Shown piece by piece: positions 25,632 through 34,718 of a stretch of 64,000 nt of DNA. The notes below the pieces were generated by a model. It was not told the DNA's origin. It made no database searches and worked only from the letters and a program-made list of their open reading frames with translations. The stretch is from a phage. Positions within the stretch are counted from its first letter, which is position 1. Each line of letters starts with the position of its first letter. The stretch lies in the sequence record PX421306.1; one strand, written 5' to 3'. The position numbers and the translations under genes are program-made.

Positions 25632-25686
25632 CCTCATGTTATGTCAGTAAGATTATTATAACACAATACGAGGGACTTGTAAACTA
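25632..25686 (-). promoter_or_regulatory. Early promoter/leader cassette copy A (stop codon + TTTACA-17-TATAAT + conserved leader + SD)
   Basis: Minus strand: TAG-TTTACAAGTCCCTCGTATTGTGTTATAATAATCTTACTGACATAACATGAGGAACACAAAATG. Confidence 0.65.
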
Positions 25687-27741
25687 CATCTTGAACTTTT
25701 TAGACATTCCATTGATGTTAACCAAAGAAGCCAAGATTTGAGAAACTTCGTTTTCCTCTTCTTTTGATTCTTCTACAAGGAATTGATTAAACCCAGCCAT
25801 TGGACGAACTTCACCAGTTTCCATCAGATGGTCGCCATCATATACCGATTCTTCTAATTGTTCAGAAGGAGGAACGATTGTGCCTTCGATTAGATACTTG
25901 TTATAAGCAGTTTCTTTCATCATGTACGTACTCACTTTATTAATCTTCAGCAAAATTCCACGTGGTAAAATAACTTCAGCTTCTGATGGAAATCCTGATA
26001 AATGTCCTGGAACGATAACTTTGATTCGCTCAGCTCCTTTAATTACCATACCCACGCTAGTTTCAGCATCTTCATTAGCATATGCAGAATGACTGCCCAT
26101 ATGCATTAAATCTTCAGCATCAACAGAACCTTCTCCTTCACCAGAAAATACTGCACCGGAATCATCTAGAGCCATATAGTTTTTACCATACTCACCGAAG
26201 ATATTTGGTTTAAGCGATGTGGATACGAAGTTCTTGAAATAAAACATTTTATTTTCAATATTATGACGTAAAGTTTTAAAGGTAACTTCTTGTCCACGAT
26301 AAAGTGTAGTTCCTGGAGGAAGAACTGATCCTTTGGCAAAGGCAGAATCCATTGTCTCGATGTGTTTAATAGCTCGTTCCATGTATTCTTCACGGGTAGA
26401 ATCTGGTTTACCCAAGAGGAACGAGTTCATTTCAACATATGAATCTGCACAATAATCTTCAATTACATCAGACTCAGCCTGAGTTAATCCTTTTGGGGGT
26501 ACTTCAGTACTTGCGTATTCATATGCCTGAGCAGCAGATTCATTAATCAATTTATAAATGCCATTCATGACAAATTGAATAATAGCTACTTTTTCGTCTG
26601 GCGTGGCTTTAGAACCTTTAACTAAATCATTGATAATTTTCTTAATAACATCAAAGCTATTAGAAATATTAATGTCAGCGAGATCGCTTAAAATTTTATC
26701 GGTTTTATAATCAAAGAATTCTTTATTCTTTAAATATTCTTGAGAACCTTGATATGTTATATCGCTCTGTAACTTGATAGATGGATCACGTAAACGTGCA
26801 TGAGCCAATGCAATATGATTTCGGAAGCTTTCTAGTTCATAATCGTTAGATTTAAAACGAGAAGCACTCCTCATACCACTGATAGCTCCTTTGCTGAAGT
26901 TTGAACCGACCTGAATAACGCCAGAGTTCATTGGTCCTTCTGCTTTATATACCGGAACTTTAGATTCAAACTCTTGATATTTCTTAGCAGCGAAGCTATC
27001 GCCCTGAAGTGAAGCATCGACAGTAGAGTATTGAGCTTGTGCTGCTAATCGACGACTAATTTTAGTTTTCTGAATAACAGCTTGATCCGTGCGCTTATCA
27101 TTTTCTAAGGCAATAGAAGCAGCGACAGCAACAGCTTTAGGAACAGCATTACCTGTTTTAACATCTACATAAACATCACCAACCTTTGATTCAACTTTTG
27201 TGAATAACTCAGTTGAAATAGGAGGTACACCTGGAATGTCTTCTAAATTAGCATTTTTACGGTAAACCATAATATATGCATATTTCTTATCATAGTCCCA
27301 GATTTCCTTTAAAAGAACATATCGACCTGCTCCTTTAGTACGTACTAAACGGTCAGCAATAACTTGCATTTGACGAGCAGCGCCATTTGTTTTACTTTTT
27401 AGTACGCGGAATAGGCATGCATCAATTTTATACTGTTTCATTGTTTGAAGAGCAGTATCAAAAACCGCATTAATGACACCAATTGGATTTCCACCTAAGT
27501 TTTTAAGTTTAACTAATGATAGCTTTTCATTGACACCTATCATTACGATATGCATCATTTTATCGCCTGGCTTAACGTTTTTATTCGTATCACCGCCAGA
27601 GGTGTATGTACAAAATCTAAATCCAGGAAGCACGCTTTCTTCACCCGCTTGAATAGCAAAAATTTGAGGTATTTTATGCTTAGGATTTAAGTTAACAACC
27701 GGCGCCGAAGCGCCGTCAAATAATTCTGTAATAAGTTCCAT
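25684..27741 (-). CDS. alt: Alt-family mono-ADP-ribosyltransferase (685 aa), R-S-E class motifs, probable capsid-packaged
   Basis: YRGQ...FVSTSL...EAEVILP (Arg / STS / ExE); N-terminal MELITE|LFD resembles a prohead-protease-cleaved targeting leader; which paralog is canonical alt is uncertain. Confidence 0.8.
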   Translation of the reverse strand: MELITELFDGASAPVVNLNPKHKIPQIFAIQAGEESVLPGFRFCTYTSGGDTNKNVKPGDKMMHIVMIGVNEKLSLVKLKNLGGNPIGVINAVFDTALQTMKQYKIDACLFRVLKSKTNGAARQMQVIADRLVRTKGAGRYVLLKEIWDYDKKYAYIMVYRKNANLEDIPGVPPISTELFTKVESKVGDVYVDVKTGNAVPKAVAVAASIALENDKRTDQAVIQKTKISRRLAAQAQYSTVDASLQGDSFAAKKYQEFESKVPVYKAEGPMNSGVIQVGSNFSKGAISGMRSASRFKSNDYELESFRNHIALAHARLRDPSIKLQSDITYQGSQEYLKNKEFFDYKTDKILSDLADINISNSFDVIKKIINDLVKGSKATPDEKVAIIQFVMNGIYKLINESAAQAYEYASTEVPPKGLTQAESDVIEDYCADSYVEMNSFLLGKPDSTREEYMERAIKHIETMDSAFAKGSVLPPGTTLYRGQEVTFKTLRHNIENKMFYFKNFVSTSLKPNIFGEYGKNYMALDDSGAVFSGEGEGSVDAEDLMHMGSHSAYANEDAETSVGMVIKGAERIKVIVPGHLSGFPSEAEVILPRGILLKINKVSTYMMKETAYNKYLIEGTIVPPSEQLEESVYDGDHLMETGEVRPMAGFNQFLVEESKEEENEVSQILASLVNINGMSKKFKM

Positions 27742-27744
27742 GAT

Positions 27745-29841
27745 TTATCCTTGAACGAACTTGTAAGGCATGTTTGTAATATCTATGCAAGACGCAATAA
27801 TTCCAAGAGATGATTCTACTTTCTGTTTAACGTTTGATGAAACAAATGATGCAAAGTCAACTCTGTCTTCTACTTCAATATCACCTGTCATTGCAACTAC
27901 TTCGCCGGTTTCCATTAGACGGTCACCGTCATAAATGACTGATTCGGTGAGTTCTTCCGTAGTCATAACTTCAGCTTGAATGAGTTTTGTGTTATTAGAT
28001 GTTGTTCCGTCATTATTAGAAGCATCAGTTATTTTATTAACTTTGACCATCAATCCGCGTGGTAGAATAACTTCAGCTTCTGTTGCTATTCCGAGACTTC
28101 CTGGATATACAACATTAACTTTATGAGCTCCATCAATTGCCCATCCTATTTGAACTTTAACGTATTCAGGATTTTCTTTATACGCTCTTATTTCGCTTGG
28201 ATTAATAGTTATTCCTTCTTCATTTTTATCAACTGTTAATTCATTGCGAACTTCTGGTTCTAAAAGACCAATACCAGCATGTGTAATTCCAAAACGTCCA
28301 AAAATGATAGGAGTTAAAGAAGTAGATACAAAATTTCTGAAATAGAACACTTTATTTTTAACTAGTGCTTCGTATATAGGAGCAGTCATACTTTGAGCAC
28401 GATAAACTGTAATGCCTTCTGGTATACGGTCACCGTTTTCAAAAGCTGAATCTAAGTTATTTATAGCAGATTCAATTTCTTTTTCACTCATTACATCATA
28501 TCGTTCTGGATTGTAACGACCCAAAAGAAGATTATTGATGTCAGTATATCCTGAACCACAATACTCTCTAATGCCGCGCTTTTGTGATGGAGTATATTTA
28601 GAACCATCACGGGCAATAGTAATATCAATCATTGGACCTGCACCAATTCCAGAAAAGCTATAAATCATTCTTTTAAGGAATTTAGTTTTTGCTGCGTTCC
28701 AGGAATTTTTAGTTATTTCTTCCCAGACTTCATCTGGCTGTCCTTTACGGGTTTTATTATGTTTATCAAGCCAATTATCTTTATATTCTTCAAAGAATTG
28801 ATTAACAGCTGCTGCGTATTTCTCTAAACATTTTATTGAAGTGGTTGGTTCATTTTTAATCGCATTAAGAATTACATCTTTAATTTTTTCAGAAACTTCA
28901 TTAACCTCACTTTTTGAAAAGAATTTATAGTCATAGTGAAGTTCATCTGCGGTTCCTTCGGCAATGATTTTTGCTGCCTTAGTTTTAGAAGCTAATGAAT
29001 TAATTCCAAGCTTCATTTCTTCTGCTTCGGGAATTAAAGGAGCTGTAGCAGGTTTATTGAAATTAGCTGCGGTAGATTCATATTTCTGGAATAATTCACT
29101 TTCAAATCTAGAAGATTCCAATGACTGACTTTGCGCAATTGCTCTACGGGAAATTTTAACTTTAACGATTACAGCTTGGTCAGAACGTTTATCGTTTTCT
29201 TGCGCAATAGATGCCGCAATTGCCTCATTTTTAGTTACTTGAGCTCCAGTATCTTTATTGATATAAACATCGCCGACTTTCGATTCAACTTTAGTAAAGA
29301 GCTCGGTACTAATTTCCGGAACTCCTGGAATGTCTTCTAGTGATACATTTTTGCGATGTATAAGAATATATGCATACTTTTTATCGTAATCCCAGAGTTC
29401 CTTAAGAAGGACGTATCTGCCACCTGAACGACTGCGGATAAGTCTATCAGCAATAACTTGAATTTGTCGAGCTTGACCAGCAGTTTTAGACTTAAGAATA
29501 CGAAGCATACAGGCATCAATTTTATACTGACGCATCGTTTGCATCGCAACAGTAAAAACTGAATTGATGTAATTAATTGGGCTTGGACCGAGACCTTTCA
29601 ATTTAGCAATTGAACCTTTAGCAGTTAATGTAAAAGGAACAATGTGCATCATTTTATCGCCCATCTTTAGATCACGGTTAGTATCACCTCCAGATGTATA
29701 GGTACATAAACGAAAGCCTGGTTGTTCAATTGCGTCATCAACATGAACTGAAAAAATTTGTGGTATTTTCTTCTTTGGATTTAAGTTTGTAATCGGAAGA
29801 GTAGTATCTTCGTCAAATAATTCTGTAATGAGTTCCATCAT
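27745..29841 (-). CDS. Alt-family mono-ADP-ribosyltransferase paralog (698 aa)
   Basis: Same N-terminal leader MELITELFD, YRAQ...FVSTSL...EAEVILP; tandem to the 685-aa paralog. Confidence 0.8.
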   Translation of the reverse strand: MMELITELFDEDTTLPITNLNPKKKIPQIFSVHVDDAIEQPGFRLCTYTSGGDTNRDLKMGDKMMHIVPFTLTAKGSIAKLKGLGPSPINYINSVFTVAMQTMRQYKIDACMLRILKSKTAGQARQIQVIADRLIRSRSGGRYVLLKELWDYDKKYAYILIHRKNVSLEDIPGVPEISTELFTKVESKVGDVYINKDTGAQVTKNEAIAASIAQENDKRSDQAVIVKVKISRRAIAQSQSLESSRFESELFQKYESTAANFNKPATAPLIPEAEEMKLGINSLASKTKAAKIIAEGTADELHYDYKFFSKSEVNEVSEKIKDVILNAIKNEPTTSIKCLEKYAAAVNQFFEEYKDNWLDKHNKTRKGQPDEVWEEITKNSWNAAKTKFLKRMIYSFSGIGAGPMIDITIARDGSKYTPSQKRGIREYCGSGYTDINNLLLGRYNPERYDVMSEKEIESAINNLDSAFENGDRIPEGITVYRAQSMTAPIYEALVKNKVFYFRNFVSTSLTPIIFGRFGITHAGIGLLEPEVRNELTVDKNEEGITINPSEIRAYKENPEYVKVQIGWAIDGAHKVNVVYPGSLGIATEAEVILPRGLMVKVNKITDASNNDGTTSNNTKLIQAEVMTTEELTESVIYDGDRLMETGEVVAMTGDIEVEDRVDFASFVSSNVKQKVESSLGIIASCIDITNMPYKFVQG

Positions 29842-29874
29842 ATCCTCTCTAGTGTTTATTCTATTTATAAAATT

Positions 29875-29892
29875 AAAGGCCCGAAGGCCTTT
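29875..29892 (-). terminator. Hairpin between the 62-aa ORF and the alt paralog
   Basis: AAAGGCC-CGAA-GGCCTTT. Confidence 0.5.
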
Positions 29893-30079
29893 AATAATCT
29901 AGTGGTAAGAGAGTACGATATATTTCAAACTTTGGACCTTTTTCGTAGGCATCAAATGTTTCTGTAAATTTATTATAAGCATATGCATCTACAAATTCGA
30001 GAACGATTTGTGATACAGAAGTAGAAACATCTCCACCTTCTTTTTGAGCAACGACAATTGTTTCTAAGTAAGCTTTCAT
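29891..30079 (-). CDS. Hypothetical protein (62 aa), translationally coupled to gene 30 (ATGA overlap)
   Basis: SD GAGGTAA; start overlaps ligase stop. Confidence 0.5.
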   Translation of the reverse strand: MKAYLETIVVAQKEGGDVSTSVSQIVLEFVDAYAYNKFTETFDAYEKGPKFEIYRTLLPLDY

Positions 30080-31539
30080 AGACCAGTTACCTCATGAAAA
30101 TCACCAAATACATCCTCGAATGTATTAGCTTTAGTTTTATCTTCACGTAAACGAATCGCAATTGGAAGAAATAATTTTACGTAATCAGTGCGGCCATCAG
30201 ATTTTAACCAACCGTTGCATTCGCACTCTAGAATTTTTCCAATATAATAATTTTGGTTTTCCATAATGCGAGTACGGTCAAGTTCATGCGATTTTACACC
30301 GGCTTTATCTTTTAAACCTGAACCAGCATTTACTTTAATTTTTCCACACTCTGATTCAAGAATAAATCCACCTGCTTTAGTAGGGTCTTTACGGTGAGGA
30401 TAAATTCCTACAATTTTTAAATCAACATCAATTACTTCTTTAAATTTATAGAGATTTTTTGAACGAGCATTTTCCCACAATCCATCGGTATTTTTGAGAA
30501 TAATACCTTCAAGACCTTGGTCAATATACTTTTTATAAATTACCTTAGCTTCATCTAGGTTATTTACTACCTGGTTTTCAATTAAAATTACTTTATCATA
30601 TCCTGATGTCATTTGTTCTAGTTTAGAAAAACGTACATCATATTTTAAACGAAACGCCGGAAGACCGTATATTTCTACCAACGGGACATAATCCCAGACC
30701 TGAAACTTCATGCATTGAGCTTCTTTTTCAGAAATGGTTCCTTTTAAGGATTTATTGGCGATTCCATTAGAAGTAGTACGAGATTCCGCTACTTCGGCGA
30801 ATTCTTTAGCTTTACTAATTTCAGGATAAGCATCAAAAAGAAAATCTAGGCCTTCTGGTTCCTTTTTAACTTGCTCATGGTATACCAATTCGCCATCAAT
30901 TAACACACCTTCTGGATGAATCTGGCGGGCTTCAGCAGTCATTTTGATTAACTCTTCCTTAAGAAGATCTAATCCTAGATATTCATTACCAGCTCGTGAT
31001 AAAAGACGAACATCATCTAATTCATCGCCTCGGACTTCAGCAAAACACCGAGCTCCATCTGCTTTTAACTGTGCAAAGGCTGGAAATTTGATATTCTTAC
31101 TAATGCCTTTTTCATCATAAGAACTTGCCAGCATTTGAGGTTGTTCAGGAATTAAACCTGGCCAAACTTTGTTTGCAATAGATACTGAAGCACCGCATTC
31201 AAGGTCTCGCATCATAACTCGACGCAAAACTTCAACATCATCCTTTTTACCATCGGTGATATATCCAGTCAATTCCTCAATTGCAGCATTTCCGGTCAAT
31301 TTCCGAGTAGCTAACGTGAATTCAATGAAGTCAAGCATATCGGTAATAGTCAGCATTCCAAAACTCTGGGTAGCAATACCAGGTTTAGGCCATTTCTTGA
31401 TATAATACTGTAACCCACGAGAATAAGTCAGACGATATACCCGTTTAAGCAATTCATTATCTTTATTCTTTTCAAGAATTGCTTGCTTCTGCTTAGTTGA
31501 TCCAATAGATGCTATTTCATTCAGAATTTTAAGAATCAT
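30076..31539 (-). CDS. 30: ATP-dependent DNA ligase gp30 (487 aa)
   Basis: Adenylation motif AQLKADGARC; 487 aa as T4 ligase. Confidence 0.96.
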   Translation of the reverse strand: MILKILNEIASIGSTKQKQAILEKNKDNELLKRVYRLTYSRGLQYYIKKWPKPGIATQSFGMLTITDMLDFIEFTLATRKLTGNAAIEELTGYITDGKKDDVEVLRRVMMRDLECGASVSIANKVWPGLIPEQPQMLASSYDEKGISKNIKFPAFAQLKADGARCFAEVRGDELDDVRLLSRAGNEYLGLDLLKEELIKMTAEARQIHPEGVLIDGELVYHEQVKKEPEGLDFLFDAYPEISKAKEFAEVAESRTTSNGIANKSLKGTISEKEAQCMKFQVWDYVPLVEIYGLPAFRLKYDVRFSKLEQMTSGYDKVILIENQVVNNLDEAKVIYKKYIDQGLEGIILKNTDGLWENARSKNLYKFKEVIDVDLKIVGIYPHRKDPTKAGGFILESECGKIKVNAGSGLKDKAGVKSHELDRTRIMENQNYYIGKILECECNGWLKSDGRTDYVKLFLPIAIRLREDKTKANTFEDVFGDFHEVTGL

Positions 31540-31805
31540 TGCTCATCCTTCAAAGTTTGATTTACAGCTCTATTATAAATCAATTCATCATTAAGCTCAG
31601 TCAAAGACCTATGATATGTAGTTCTAACTTTATTTCCTTGCATCCAATGCTTGATATAAATGAAACCTTGCTCTACACATTTTTTAAAAATTCGTTCGTC
31701 TTTTTGAGCTCGGAATTCTGGATTGCATCTAAAGAATTGATTTACGTGACCGTAATCACGTGTAGTATTACCTTCATTTTCATAAATAGTGTGAACGACA
31801 AACAT
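31536..31805 (-). CDS. 30.1: Hypothetical protein (30.1-like)
   Basis: 89-aa ORF in 30.1 position. Confidence 0.55.
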   Translation of the reverse strand: MFVVHTIYENEGNTTRDYGHVNQFFRCNPEFRAQKDERIFKKCVEQGFIYIKHWMQGNKVRTTYHRSLTELNDELIYNRAVNQTLKDEQ

Positions 31806-32668
31806 TAGAATGCTCCTTGGAAAATATTATCACCACTAGTAAATCTATTAAAATACCCTGCATCACCAGGCTTAGTATAACTCCACGTATGGAATGGATT
31901 CATATGATACGGGTGTGTATAATATGGATTATATTGATGTGTATAATATGGATTATACGGATTAAATCCAGGAGTTCTCCAGGTAGTGTTCCAACGAAAA
32001 GAATCGTTTTTAACCATCTTCTCAATTACATCTTTTATAGCTTTTTCACTATCAAAACTTTCTTTATTTTCCTTCGGTGAAAAAAGCTTATTTTCTACAT
32101 CATTCCATGTATAAACTCGCTGCGCAGTTTTTGGAATATTGTCACGCTCTCCTCGAGCCATCCAATAAACAGGAACATTTAATATTTCACTCGCGTGGTC
32201 ACAGTGGTGAGCGAGATCGTCAATATAACAAATTACGTTATATTTCTCTTTTGCCTTTTTAAACAACTCTTCTTTTGAAGAATCATGACCACACATCATT
32301 ACTTCTGAGAAGGCACCAGGAAAAAGAGCATTCAAATTAAATTGACGATTCAACAGAGCGTCAATAGAATCACCCAATGCTGTAACAGCTACAAAATTAT
32401 AATCTTCTTTTAATTTGTTAATTACACACAGGGCATCTTTATATGGAGACAAGTAACGAATAAAATCTGAACGATTGTATTTTTCAATTAACTTGACGCC
32501 AAGTTCTTCATCACAATTAAAGAGTTTACCTGGAGAAATAAATTTCTCATCTTGGATCATTTTTAAAATATGTTCTAACGGAAGATTATATTTCTGAGCA
32601 AAATAAGGAAGGCCTGATTGCCAGCTTAAACATACTCCATCAATATCAGTCAAAATAGTTGGCTTCAT
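31805..32668 (-). CDS. 30.2: HAD-like phosphatase/nucleotidase-fold protein (30.2-like) with Tyr/Pro/His-rich repetitive C-terminus
   Basis: N-terminal TDIDGV (HAD motif I-like); 287 aa. Confidence 0.65.
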   Translation of the reverse strand: MKPTILTDIDGVCLSWQSGLPYFAQKYNLPLEHILKMIQDEKFISPGKLFNCDEELGVKLIEKYNRSDFIRYLSPYKDALCVINKLKEDYNFVAVTALGDSIDALLNRQFNLNALFPGAFSEVMMCGHDSSKEELFKKAKEKYNVICYIDDLAHHCDHASEILNVPVYWMARGERDNIPKTAQRVYTWNDVENKLFSPKENKESFDSEKAIKDVIEKMVKNDSFRWNTTWRTPGFNPYNPYYTHQYNPYYTHPYHMNPFHTWSYTKPGDAGYFNRFTSGDNIFQGAF

Positions 32669-33123
32669 AGAGAGTCTCTTAATAGGTTTAACACATCAAT
32701 AAATTCAGCTTCGGTTAGTATTGTATCATCTTTTGTTAGACCACTAGCCATGCTGTGCTTCAAAACTTTTCCTTTCGAGGCTTGTAATGCATCACGAAAG
32801 CCCCTGTTTTGGATCGCTGCTTCAAAATATGCATTTGTGTATAATTCTTTCCACGCCGGGGAGTATCTTGAAAACGGAACTCCAAGCCAGAAGAGGGTCC
32901 CACGGTCCTGAGCTCTAGCATAAGACCTTCCAGCTTGTTGGGCGGCAAGCCCGGATAACCCAAATATACGTCTTTGCTGTTCAACATTTTTCACCTTACA
33001 TCCTTGGAGGAATCCTTCGAGACCTCCAAATTGGATACCATCCATAACGAAAGGCCATTGGGCGAAATTGCTTAATGCACATGATGGCCATCTAAAATTG
33101 CTTCTAATCTCTAATTCAGACAT
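32665..33123 (-). CDS. 30.3: NADAR (YbiA-like, DUF1768) domain protein
   Basis: LSNFAQWPFVMDG motif typical of the YbiA/NADAR family; 152 aa. Confidence 0.75.
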   Translation of the reverse strand: MSELEIRSNFRWPSCALSNFAQWPFVMDGIQFGGLEGFLQGCKVKNVEQQRRIFGLSGLAAQQAGRSYARAQDRGTLFWLGVPFSRYSPAWKELYTNAYFEAAIQNRGFRDALQASKGKVLKHSMASGLTKDDTILTEAEFIDVLNLLRDSL

Positions 33124-33331
33124 CTTTAATACTTATAATTTCAACATCAGCCCAATAACCGTAACCCGGTAAACGGTCTTCAATAGATAATCTGCCATCA
33201 TATTTAAGCATTTTAATTGTCATAATATATGGCTCTAAATGGTCTTCTGTGAGAGGAGAAACGTCAGTCACACGATAAGTAACTTCGACCATTTCCGTGC
33301 CCAGTAATTTCTGGATTAATTTCTTAAACAT
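33116..33331 (-). CDS. Hypothetical protein (71 aa)
   Basis: ORF in 30.x cluster. Confidence 0.5.
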   Translation of the reverse strand: MFKKLIQKLLGTEMVEVTYRVTDVSPLTEDHLEPYIMTIKMLKYDGRLSIEDRLPGYGYWADVEIISIKDV

Positions 33332-33335
33332 TTTA

Positions 33336-33623
33336 TTAAAATCTCATCTGAAAACCGTGTGATTTAACATTACCGCCGCCGATATCAGAAATGTTAATTT
33401 CACGCGCAATTGAAGGGTCAATATCAATTTCACGATTGAGTTTAGTGATAGCTAAAGTATCACGCCCATTTACAGTACGGAACTCTAAAGGGCAGACTAC
33501 ATTAACGTAGTTTTTAATTGATTCACTGGTAGGTTGCAAATGAGCAGGAAGGTCTTTAGGTGCCTTAGAGAAAACCACTTCACAGAAATTTTTGCGGGTA
33601 TCAAAATAAGTAGTCATAAACAT
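33336..33623 (-). CDS. Hypothetical protein (95 aa)
   Basis: ORF in 30.x cluster. Confidence 0.5.
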   Translation of the reverse strand: MFMTTYFDTRKNFCEVVFSKAPKDLPAHLQPTSESIKNYVNVVCPLEFRTVNGRDTLAITKLNREIDIDPSIAREINISDIGGGNVKSHGFQMRF

Positions 33624-33664
33624 AGTATTTTCCTCAGTAAGGGGCCGAAGCCCCTCATTTTATT

Positions 33665-34030
33665 TTAAATATCAAATTCGTTAAGAACTACATCAAAGAT
33701 CGCTTCAAGATGCTCAGGTTTAGCTCTGTTACTCAGAATATGACGAATCCAAGTTTTAACCAGAAGCTTACGATTGACGCCATTCCAGCAAGGATGAGTA
33801 CCTAAATCGCGTTGACGGAAATCATCATCTAATGCGATTTTAAAAGAAGAACCTTCTTTCGTGATTGAAACCGTGATGCCATTTTCAAATCGCATATAAA
33901 CGTAGTTAGGAGTCATATACTGTTCAATTTCGCATACTGATCCATTTTGATGTTTCCAAAGGCAGATAGTATCAATAGAACCTGCAATACCATTAGAAAC
34001 ATATTTACGTTCAAAGTTGATGTAGTTCAT
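33665..34030 (-). CDS. Hypothetical protein (121 aa)
   Basis: ORF with SD GGAGAA and upstream early promoter. Confidence 0.5.
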   Translation of the reverse strand: MNYINFERKYVSNGIAGSIDTICLWKHQNGSVCEIEQYMTPNYVYMRFENGITVSITKEGSSFKIALDDDFRQRDLGTHPCWNGVNRKLLVKTWIRHILSNRAKPEHLEAIFDVVLNEFDI

Positions 34031-34098
34031 TTTTATTCTCCGAGATGTTTAATTGCGGTACAGGTATATAATATCATATCCTGTACCAAAGTAAACAA

Positions 34099-34431
34099 TT
34101 ATTTTACTACTTTCCAATGTTGCATGTCAAGTTTACCAACTTTTTTCATCTTCTCAATTAAGCGTTCGGCACGTTGGCGGGCTGTAACATAATACCATTC
34201 ACCCAATTCATTTTGTTCAATTTTTCCAACGATTACTGTATTCAATTCATAAATCCAACCAGTAAAGAAATTATGAACTTGGATTGTAAAGGTGAAATCT
34301 GTTCCCATACCTTCTGTTGTTTCTACTTCAATAATATCACCTTCAACTGCCATTAAGAACCACATAGTTTCATCATATTTACCATTGAAGCATTTAGTTT
34401 TAACTGTAGCGTTCAGATTAATCGTTTTCAT
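34099..34431 (-). CDS. Hypothetical protein (110 aa)
   Basis: ORF with SD AAGGAG and upstream GTTTAC promoter. Confidence 0.5.
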   Translation of the reverse strand: MKTINLNATVKTKCFNGKYDETMWFLMAVEGDIIEVETTEGMGTDFTFTIQVHNFFTGWIYELNTVIVGKIEQNELGEWYYVTARQRAERLIEKMKKVGKLDMQHWKVVK

Positions 34432-34504
34432 TTTATTCTCCTTTGTTTGTGTAAGATAATACTATCACAAAGGAGCCATACTGTAAACAACTTTATGCAA
34501 TCTT

Positions 34505-34537
34505 TGGAAAATAAAAAAGGACTCCCGAAGGAGTCCT
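34505..34537 (-). terminator. Intrinsic terminator after the small basic ORF
   Basis: AGGACTCC-UUCG-GGAGUCCU followed by UUUUUUAUUUU on minus strand. Confidence 0.8.
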
Positions 34538-34541
34538 CAAC

Positions 34542-34718
34542 TTATGCTTTCTGCTTACCAAAACGAGAAGCATCATCTCGAAGAACCGCACGTGCTCGGC
34601 GCATGATCTTCTCAACAGTTTGATTGATACGAGAGTTCGACCCACGCTTGTAACCAGCGCGTTTAGAATCACCAACTTTCTTTTCAACTGCTTTCTTTGC
34701 TTTAGCTTGTTTTGCCAT
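34542..34718 (-). CDS. Small highly basic protein (58 aa from MAKQAKAKK...; track ORF has a longer start)
   Basis: Lys/Arg-rich; followed by a hairpin plus U-run terminator. Confidence 0.45.
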   Translation of the reverse strand: MAKQAKAKKAVEKKVGDSKRAGYKRGSNSRINQTVEKIMRRARAVLRDDASRFGKQKA

